Source: Paragordius varius
Taxonomy: Eukaryota; Animalia; Nematomorpha
NCBI GenBank assembly: GCA_964247055.1
Contig: OZ176053.1
Span: 12,958,001 to 13,022,000 of the forward strand
Reading direction: 5' to 3'
Length of the DNA: 64,000 bases
Positions 14,518-24,300 of the stretch are shown here, piece by piece. Each line of letters starts with the position of its first letter. Position 1 is the first letter of the stretch. Under the pieces are notes generated by a model that had not been told where the DNA came from, did no database searches, and was given only the letters and a program-made list of their open reading frames with translations. Made by a program: the position numbers and the translations under genes.

Positions 14518-14831
14518 AATATAACATATAATATTAATAATATATTGATATGTTTATATTTATTCAAAAATACATATATCTTAATATTTTTATAAAATAG
14601 TGAAAAAAAATAGTTTAAAATGTTGCCATTTACCAGCTTAAAAAAAACCAGTAGGTACTAGGTAAAATTTGTAAATAGACAATTTTTATTCAATGATATT
14701 TGTCAGTAAATACTGGTAAACATAGTACGTACTGGATAGTAAAAGCAATAATTTTTTTATTCAATACATAGCTAGTATATACTGGAAAAAACCTACGTTT
14801 TAGTATATACTAGCTTTTATTCAGCAGGCCC

Positions 14832-17480
14832 AATGTATAAAAAATTATTTTCTTTACCGGCGAATAATATCCGATTTTTAAGGACAAAGTTTAACTTGCT
14901 TATTGTCGTATGTTAAATTATACATTAAGTATCGCTCTAAAAATCAGATATTAAAGAGTTTGTCAAACTATCTCTATATTTTGATGTAGTCTTACTAAGA
15001 GAATCTATAAAAAATAATTTTGTTCACCGGCAATATCCGATTTTTAAGGACAAAGTTTAACTTGAGTATTGATACGACTAGTTTTATACATTAAATTTTA
15101 AAGTATCGTTGTAAAAATCGGATATGAAAGAGTTTGTCTAACTATCTCTATATTTTCATGTAGTCTTACTAAGAGAATGTAAAAAAAATAATTTTGTTCA
15201 CTGGTGACTAATATCCGATTTTTAAGGACAAAGTTTAACTTGAGTATTGATGCGATTAGTTTTATACATTAATTTTAAAAGTATCGTTGTAAAAATCGGA
15301 TATGAAAGAGTTTGTCAAACTATCTCTATTTTTTGATGTAGTCCTACTAAGAGAATGTATAAAAAATTATTTTTTTACCGGCGACTAATATCCGATTTTT
15401 AAGGACAAAGTTTAACTTGCTTATTGTCGTACACTAAATTATAAATTAATTTTTAAAGTATCGCTCTAAAAATCAGATATTAAAGAGTTTGTCAAACTAT
15501 CTCTATATTTTGATGTAGTCTTACTAAGAAAATGTATAAAAAATAATTTTGTTCACCGGTGACCAATATCCGATTTTTAAGGACAAAGTTTAACTTGCGT
15601 ATTGATACGACTAGTTTTATACATTAATTTTAAAGTATCGTTGTAAAAATCGGATATGAAAGAGTTTGTCAAACTATCTCTATATTTTCATGTAGTCTTA
15701 CTAAGAGAATGTAAAAAAAATAATTTTGTTCACCGGTGACCAATATCCGATTTTTAAGGACAAAGTTTAACTTGAGTATTGATGCGATTAGTTTTATACA
15801 TTAATTTTAAAAGTATCGTTGTAAAAATCGGATATGAAAGAGTTTGTCAAACTATCTCTATTTTTTGATGTAGTCCTAGCAAGAGAATGTATAAAAAATT
15901 ATTTTTTTACCGGCGACTAATATCCGATTTTTAAGGACAAAGTTTAACTTGCTTATTGTCGTATGCTAAATTATACATTAATTTTTAAAGTATCGCTCTA
16001 AAAATCAGATATTAAAGAGTTTGTCAAACTATCTCTATATATTGATGTAGTCTTACTAAGAGAATGTATAAAAAATAATTTTGTTCACCGGTGACCAATA
16101 TCCGATTTTTAAGGACAAAGTTTAACTTGAGTATTACGACTAGTTTTATACATAAATTTTAAAAGTATCGTTGTAAAAATCGGATATGGAAGAGTTTGTC
16201 AAACTATCTCTATATTTTCATGTAGTCTTACTAAGAGAATGTAAAAAAAATAATTTTGTTCACCGGTGACAATATCCGATTTTTAAGGACAAAGTTTAAC
16301 TTGAGTAAATGACTAGTTTTATACATTAATTTTTAAAGTATCGCTGTAAAAATCAGATATTACAGAGTTTGTCAAACTATCTCTATATTTTGATATAGTC
16401 TTACTAAGAGAATGTATAAAAAATAATTTTGTTCACCGGTGACCAATATCGGATTTTTAAGGACAAAGTTTAACTTGAGTATTGATGCGATTAGTTTTAT
16501 ACATTATTTTAAAAGTATCGTTGTAAAAATCGCATATAAGAGTTTGTCAAACTATCTCTATATTTTGATGTAGTCCTTCTAAGAGAATGTATAAAAAATT
16601 ATTTTCTTTACCGGCGACTATTATCCGATTTTTAAGGACGAAGTTTAACTTGAGTATTGATGCGACTAGTTTTATACATTAATTTTTAAAGTATCGTTGT
16701 AAAAATCGCATATGAAAGAGTTTGTCAAACTATCTCTATATTTTGATGTAGTCCTACTTAGAGAAAATATAAAAAATAATTTTCTTTACCGGCAACCAAT
16801 ATTTGATTTTTAAGGAAAAAGTTTAACTTGAGTTGATGAGACTAGTTTTATACATTAATTTTTAAAGTATCGTTGTGATATGAAAGAGTTTGTCAAACTA
16901 TCTCTATATTTTGATGTAGTCTTACTAAGAGAATGTATAAAAAATAGTTTTGTTCACCGGTGACAATATCCGATTTTTAAGGACGAAGTTTAACTTGAGT
17001 ATTGATGCGACTAGTTTTATACATTAATTTTTAAAGTATCGTTGTAAAAATCGGATATGAAAGAGTTTGTCAAACAATCTCTATATTTTGATGTAGTCCT
17101 ACTAAGAGAAAATATAAAAAATAATTTTCTTTACCGGCAACCAATATCCGATTTTTAAGGACAAAGTTTACCTTGAGTATTGATGCGACTAGTTTTATAC
17201 ATTAATTTTTAAAGTATCGTTGTAAAAATCGCATATGAAAGAGTTTGTCAAACTATCTCTATATTTTGATGTAGTCCTACTTAGAGAAAATATAAAAAAT
17301 AATTTTCTTTACCGGCAACCAATATTTGATTTTTAAGGAAAAAGTTTAACTTGAGTTGATGAGACTAGTTTTATACATTAATTTTTAAAGTATCGTTGTG
17401 ATATGAAAGAGTTTGTCAAACTATCTCTATATTTTGATGTAGTCTTACTAAGAGAATGTATAAAAAATAGTTTTGTTCAC
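14832..17480 (+). repeat. Satellite array, continuation of block 1 up to the orientation switch
   Basis: Same 178-bp family, resuming in register after the TSD. Monomers from ~16500 on are more degenerate (small deletions such as GTTGTGATATG, GAGTTGATGAGAC). A variant dimer recurs at a 523-bp offset (ATTTGATTTTTAAGGAAAAAG at 16801 and 17324). Confidence 0.97.
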
Positions 17481-17520
17481 AATAATTTTTTATACATTCT
17501 CTTAGTAAGACTACATCAAA
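17461..17520. other. Inversion junction between oppositely oriented satellite blocks (breakpoint 17480/17481)
   Basis: ...GAGAATGTATAAAAAATAGTTTTGTTCAC (plus monomer) is joined directly to AATAATTTTTTATACATTCTCTTAGTAAGACTACATC (reverse complement of the monomer). There is no foreign sequence at the junction. Confidence 0.95.
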
Positions 17521-20500
17521 ATATAGAAATAGTTTAACAAACTCTTTCATATCCGATTTTTACAACGATACTTTAAAAATTAATGTATTAAACTAGTCGC
17601 ATCAATACTCAAATTAAACTTTGTCCTTAAAAATCGGATATTGGTCACCGGTGAACAAAATTATTTTTTATATATTCTCTTAGAAAGACTACATCAAAAT
17701 ATAGAGATAGTTTGACAAACTCTTTCATATCCGATTTTTACAACGATACTTTAAAAATTAATGTATAAAACTAGTCGTATCAATAAATCGCTTCAATACT
17801 CAAGTTAAACTTTGTCCTTAAAAATCGAATATTGGTCACCAGTGAACAAAATTATTTTTTATACATTCTCTTAGTAAGACTACATCAAAATATAGAGATA
17901 GTTTGACAAACTCTTTCATATCCGATTTTTACAACGATACTTTAAAAATTAATGTATTAAACTAGTCGCATCAATACTCATAAACTTTGTCCTTAAAAAT
18001 CGGATATTGGTCACCGGTAAACAAAATAATTTTTTATACATTCTCTTAGTAAGACTACATCAAAATATAGAGATAGTTTGACAAACTCTTTCATATCCGG
18101 TTTTTACAACGATACTTTAAAAATTAATGTATTAAACTAGTCGCATCAATACTCAAGTTAAACTTTGTCCTTAAAAATCGGATATTGGTCACCGGTGAAC
18201 AAAATTATTTTTTATACATTCTCTTAGCAAGACTACATCAAAATATAGAGATAGTTTGACAAACTCTTTTATATCCGATTTTTACAACGAAACTTTAAAA
18301 ATTAATGTATAAAAGTTGTCGCATCAATACTCAAGTTAAACTTTGTCCTTAAAAATCGAATATTGGTCACCGGTGAACAAAATTATTTTTTATACATTCT
18401 CTTAGTAAGACTACATCAAAATATAGAGATAGTTTGACAAACTCTTTCATATCCAACGATACTTTAAAAATTAATGTATTAAACTAGTCGCATCAATACT
18501 CAAATTAACTTTGTCCTTAAAAATCGGATATTGGTCACCGGTGAACAAAATTATTTTTTATATATTCTCTTAGCAAGACTAGGTCAAAATATAGAGATAG
18601 TTTGACAAACTCTTTCATATCCGGTTTTTACAACGATACTTTAAAAATTAATGTATTAAACTAGTCGCATCAATACTCAAGTTAAACTTTGTCCTTAAAA
18701 ATCGGAATTTGGTCACCGGTGAACAAAACTATTTTTTATACATTCTCTTAGTAAGACTACATCATAATATAGAGATAGTTTGACAAACTCTTTCATATCC
18801 GATTTTTACAACGATACTTTAAAAATTAATGTGTTAAACTAGTCGCATCAATACTCAAGTTAAACTTTGTCCTTAAAAATCGGATATTGGTCACCGGTGA
18901 ACAAAATTATTTTTTATAAATTCTCTTAGTAAGACTACATCAAAATATAGAAATAGTTTGACAAACTCTTTCATATCCGATTTTTACAACAATCCTTTAA
19001 AAATTAATGTATTAAACTAGTCGCATCAATACTCAAATTAAACTTTGTCCTTAAAAATCGGATATTGGTCACCGGTGAACAAAATTATTTTTTATATATT
19101 CTCTTAGCAAGACTACATGAAAATATAGAGATAGTTTGACAAACTCTTTCATATCCGATTTTTACAACGATACTTTATAAATTAATGTATAAAACTAGTC
19201 GAATCAATAAGTCGCATCAATACTCTAGTTAAACTTTGTCCTTAAAAATCGGATATTGGTCACCGGTGAACAAAATAATTTTTTATACATTCTCTTAGTA
19301 AGACTACATCAAAATATAGAGATAGTTTGACAAACTCTTTCATATCCGATTTTTACAACGATACTTTAAAAATTATGGTATTAAACCAGTCGCATCAATA
19401 CTCAAGTTAAACTTTGTCCTTAAAAATCGGATATTGGTCACCGGTGAACAAAATAATTTTTTATACATTCTCTTAGTAAGACTACATCAAAATATAGAGA
19501 TAGTTTGACAAACTCTTTCATATCCAACGATACTTTAAAAATTAATGTATTAAACTAGTCGCATCAATACTCAAATTAACTTTGTCCTTAAAAATCGGAT
19601 ATTGGTCACCGGTGAACAAAATTATTTTTTATATATTCTCTTAGCAAGACTAGGTCAAAATATAGAGATAGTTTGACAAACTCTTTCATATCCGATTTTT
19701 ACAACGATACTTTAAAAATTAATGTATAAAACTAGTCGTATCAATAAATCGCTTCAATACTCAAGTTAAACTTTGTCCTTAAAAATCGAATATTGGTCAC
19801 CGGTGAACAAAATTATTTTTTATACATTCTCTTAGTAAGACTACATCAAAATATAGAGATAGTTTGACAAACTCTTTCATATCCGGTTTTTACAACGATA
19901 CTTTAAAAATTAATGTATTAAACTAGTCGCATCAATACTCAAGTTAAACTTTGTCCTTAAAAATCGGATATTGGTCACCAGTGAACAAAATTATTTTTTA
20001 TACATTCTCTTAGCAAGACTACATCAAAATATAGAGATAGTTTGACAAACTCTTTTATATCCGATTTTTACAACGAAACTTTAAAAATTAATGTATAAAA
20101 GTTGTCGCATCAATACTCAAGTTAAACTTTGTCCTTAAAAATCGAATATTGGTCACCGGTGAACAAAATTATTTTTTATACATTCTCTTAGTAAGACTAC
20201 ATCAAAATATAGAGATAGTTTGACAAACTCTTTCATATCCGGTTTTTACAACGATACTTTAAAAATTAATGTATTTAACTAGTCGCATCAATACTCAAGT
20301 TAAACTTTGTCCTTAAAAATCGGAATTTGGTCACCGGTGAACAAAACTATTTTTTATACATTCTCTTAGTAAGACTACATCATAATATAGAGATAGTTTG
20401 ACAAACTCTTTCATATCCGATTTTTACAACGATACTTTAAAAATTAATGTGTTAAACTAGTCGCATCAATACTCAAGTTAAACTTTGTCCTTAAAAATCG

Positions 20501-22877
20501 GATATTGGTCACCGGTGAACAAAATTATTTTTTATAAATTCTCTTAGTAAGACTACATCAAAATATAGAAATAGTTTGACAAACTCTTTCATATCCGATT
20601 TTTACAACAATACTTTAAAAATTAATGTATTAAACTAGTCGCATCAATACTCAAATTAAACTTTGTCCTTAAAAATCGGATATTGGTCACCGGTGAACAA
20701 AATTATTTTTTATATATTCTCTTAGCAAGACTACATGAAAATATAGAGATAGTTTGACAAACTCTTTCATATCCGATTTTTACAACGATACTTTATAAAT
20801 TAATGTATAAAACTAGTCGAATCAATAAGTCGCATCAATACTCTAGTTAAACTTTGTCCTTAAAAATCGGATATTGGTCACCGGTGAACAAAATAATTTT
20901 TTATACATTCTCTTAGTAAGACTACATCAAAATATAGAGATAGTTTGACAAACTCTTTCATATCCGATTTTTACAACGATACTTTAAAAATTATGGTATT
21001 AAACCAGTCGCATCAATACTCAAGTTAAACTTTGTCCTTAAAAATCGGATATTGGTCACCGGTGAACAAAATAATTTTTTATACATTCTCTTAGTAAGAC
21101 TACATCAAAATATAGAGATAGTTTGACAAACTCTTTCATATCCAACGATACTTTAAAAATTAATGTATTAAACTAGTCGCATCAATACTCAAATTAACTT
21201 TGTCCTTAAAAATCGGATATTGGTCACCGGTGAACAAAATTATTTTTTATATATTCTCTTAGCAAGACTAGGTCAAAATATAGAGATAGTTTGACAAACT
21301 CTTTCATATCCGATTTTTACAACGATACTTTAAAAATTAATGTATAAAACTAGTCGTATCAATAAATCGCTTCAATACTCAAGTTAAACTTTGTCCTTAA
21401 AAATCGAATATTGGTCACCGGTGAACAAAATTATTTTTTATACATTCTCTTAGTAAGACTACATCAAAATATAGAGATAGTTTGACAAACTCTTTCATAT
21501 CCGGTTTTTACAACGATACTTTAAAAATTAATGTATTAAACTAGTCGCATCAATACTCAAGTTAAACTTTGTCCTTAAAAATCGGATATTGGTCACCAGT
21601 GAACAAAATTATTTTTTATACATTCTCTTAGCAAGACTACATCAAAATATAGAGATAGTTTGACAAACTCTTTTATATCCGATTTTTACAACGATACTTT
21701 AAAAATTAATGTATTAAACTCGTCGCATCAATACTCAAGTTAAACTTTGTCCTTAAAAATCGGATATTGGTCACCGGTGAACAAAATTATTTTTTATACA
21801 TTCTCTTAGCAAGACTACATCAAAATATAGAGATAGTTTGACAAACTCTTTTATATCCGATTTTTACAACGATACTTTAAAAATTAATGTATTAAACTCG
21901 TCGCATCAATACTCAAGTTAAACTTTGTCCTTAAAAATCGGATATTGGTCACAGGTGAACAAATTTATTTTTTATATATTCTCTTAGCAAGACTACATCA
22001 AAATATAGAGATAGTTTGAAAAACTCTTTTATATCCGATTTTTACAACGAAACTTTAAAAATTAATGTATAGAAGTTGTCGCATCAATACTCAAATTAAA
22101 TTTTGTCCTTAAAAATGGGATATTGGTCACCGGTGAACAAAACTATTTTTTATACATTCTCTTAGTAAGACTACATCAAAATATAGAGATAGTTTGACAA
22201 ACTCTTTCATATCCGTTTTTACAACGATACTTTAAAAATTAATGTATAAAACTAGTCGCATCAATTCTCAAATTAAATTTTGTCCTTAAAAATGGGATAT
22301 TGGTCACCGGTGAACAAAACTATTTTTTATACATTCTCTTAGTAAGACTACATCATAATATAGAGATAGTTTGACAAACTCTTTTATATCCGATTTTTAC
22401 AACGATACTTTAAAAATTAATGTATTAAACTAGTCGCATCAATACTCAAATTAAATTTTGTCCTTAAAAATGGGATATTGGTCACAGGTGAACAAATTTA
22501 TTTTTTATATATTCTCTTAACAAGACTCCATCAAAATATAGAGATAGTTTGACAAACTCTTTTATATCCGATTTTTACAACGATACTTTAAAAATTAATG
22601 TATAAAACTAGTCGCATCAATACTCAAGTTAAACTTTGTCCTTAAAAATCGAATATTGGTCACCGGTGAACAAAATTATTTTTTTACATTCTCTTAGTAA
22701 GACTACATCAAAATATAGAGATAGTTTGAAAAACTCTTTCATATCCGATTTTTACAACGATACTTTAAAAATTAATGTGTTAAACTAGTCGCATCAATAC
22801 TCAAGTAAAACTTTGTCCTTAAAAATCGGATATTGGTCACCGGTGAACAAAACTATTTTTTATACATTCTCTTAGTA
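17481..22877 (-). repeat. Satellite array, block 2 (reverse orientation), before the hAT insertion
   Basis: Reverse-complement monomers (e.g. AACTTTGTCCTTAAAAATCGGATATTGGTCACCGGTGAAC). Includes 191-bp variants carrying a 13-bp duplication. Confidence 0.98.
18600..21680 (-). repeat. 9-mer higher-order repeat, period 1618 bp (almost two copies; ends approximate)
   Basis: Diagnostic variants recur at +1618: ATCGGAATTTGG 18701/20319, GAATCAATAAGTCG 19201/20819, TATCCAACGAT 19521/21139. Confidence 0.85.
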
Positions 22878-23138
22878 TAATGTGACCAGATATTTAGAAC
22901 CCTGGCGCAGTACAAAATTAAAACATACTTTGCCTATTTTTTAACCGGATTTTCGGTGTTTTATATTAAATAATATTGTTCGTTACTATTTATAAGCTCA
23001 TTAGAATCAATTATATTAAATTTATAAAAAATTTAATATAAATGTATGTACATATAATTATATGTTCTATATATGGATATATAATAATACAAGTGTAAAT
23101 CTCGTGCTGCTACGCAGCCCGAAGAAGTCCTTCGGACT

Positions 23139-23155
23139 GGGGGGGGGGGGGGGGG
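23139..23155 (+). repeat. G17 homopolymer inside the hAT element
   Basis: Run of 17 G read directly; the exact length of such runs is sequencing-sensitive. Confidence 0.9.
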
Positions 23156-24060
23156 CTATTTGAAAAAAGGGACAATAAAATGATCCACATATGTGGATTA
23201 TTTCGAAACATTATTTATTAGCTATGATCTCATAGGAATTTCAAAACGTTGCATTCATACTAATATATTGTTTACTTGGGCGAAAAATAGATTCAAACAA
23301 TTACTTTTGAATTATTTTGGAAAAATGGCATTTTACGGGAGGAGCGGGTAAAAAAAGGGCCTTAATTAAAAACGCGAGCCGATTATGTTTGGCGCAATCG
23401 AAAATAAGTTAACAAAAATCATATTTGAAATTGAATGGTCCAACACGTTTTCCAGAAAATTGGCTCAAAGACACGATTTTTGTGGACTTATGTTTTCAAA
23501 AAAAACGTTTTTTACACGGGGTGGGCCCGAACTGGGGGATCGATTCAAAAAAGAGCGAAGCTATTGTTGAGGCATTCATTAATGATTATATTTTTTCGAC
23601 ATTTGGATTCGAATGGATCTACCGGTTTCCCGAAAATAGATCACCAAGCCACTACTTTCCATTTTTATAAATATATACATTATAATGGTATGTTTGTTTT
23701 AAAAAAAGCTAATTGTCAAAAACAATATTATTACCAAATATATGATAATAAAAATAGAGGGAAACAATCTGGTTAAGATGTTGCTGTGCAGATAAAATCA
23801 TTCACACACGATCTCATGAAAGTTCTGTTCCATAGCTTTTTGAAAAAAATGACTATTTGACAGCAGGTAAAACTATGCGTTGATAAAAAAAGATAGGTGA
23901 ATGGATAGAAAATTATTTAAATGCCGACTTTGCTATAGTGTAAAATTCAAAAATAATTCAAATAGTTCTGAGTCTACCAATCAATGGTATATGACGGGAC
24001 ATAATTATTAATAAATAATTATTTTTTTATATAGTAATAATATCTAAAAATAATAAATAT

Positions 24061-24230
24061 ATATTTTTCAGATTTATGTAATTGTCCCAATAATTTATGG
24101 TTTTGCGAAATATTATCTAAAAAAGCTTCACAGTTTTCTTCTATTTTTGACTATTACAATTGCTTTCAAGGTATCTATTGTGAGTTGTGTTTTTTCCGTA
24201 GTCCATATTTTGTTTATGAGAAAAGGCACG
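24061..24230 (-). pseudogene. hAT transposase C-terminal (dimerisation-domain) fragment with two frameshifts
   Basis: Hand translation of the minus strand gives RAFS/(fs)/INKIWTTEKTQLTIDTLKAIVIVKN/(fs)/EENCEAFLDNISQNHKLLGQLHKSEKY. This matches the hAT C-terminal pattern (E)RxFSxxxxxWTxxxxxLxxxTxKAxxxVKxN...CxxF...LLxxxHxSEKY. It is absent from the ORF track. Confidence 0.85.
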
Positions 24231-24273
24231 GAAAAGAAAATTAAAATAAAAAGAATTAATAAAAAAATTATTA

Positions 24274-24300
24274 TGTGCGTGTGTGTGTGTGTATGTGTGC
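24274..24300 (+). repeat. Imperfect (GT)n microsatellite inside the hAT element
   Basis: TGTGCGTGTGTGTGTGTGTATGTGTGC. Confidence 0.85.

Larger units (their letters stand above)
13183..14831. mobile_element. PIF/Harbinger-superfamily DNA transposon, internally deleted and non-autonomous (1649 bp)
   Basis: Perfect 17-bp TIRs GGGCCTGCTGAATAAAA (13183-13199) and TTTTATTCAGCAGGCCC (14815-14831). 3-bp TSD AAT (13180-13182 and 14832-14834); removing the element and one TSD restores the monomer ...CTAAGAGAATGTATAAAAAA. It contains HARBI1-like transposase and Myb/SANT remnants, the two-gene layout known for this superfamily. Confidence 0.95.

Noticed and set aside
16600-18400. Recent fold-back or breakage-fusion-bridge mirror duplication at the junction
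   Set aside because: Monomers right of 17481 are not mirror copies of those to the left. Private deletions such as GTTGTGATATG are not reflected, so two different sub-arrays are joined, or the event is old.
23119-23140. Hammerhead ribozyme (CCGAAGA-AGTCC-TTC-GGACT resembles CUGANGA plus stem II)
   Set aside because: The core reads CCGA, not CUGA, the required GAAA after stem II is absent, and I could not form stems I and III.
13710-23400. Isolated transcription-factor-like sites (TATCGATA near 13712, TTTGGCGC near 23388)
   Set aside because: Single short matches inside decayed transposons with no associated gene are expected by chance.
23385-23776. Three overlapping plus-strand ORFs (61, 81 and 113 aa) as genes; PTRF...DLCF as an APE endonuclease motif
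   Set aside because: They overlap in three frames, are short and have no recognisable family. The PTR..D resemblance lacks an upstream GDFN and a correctly spaced SDH. A BLASTX/HHpred hit would be needed to revive it.
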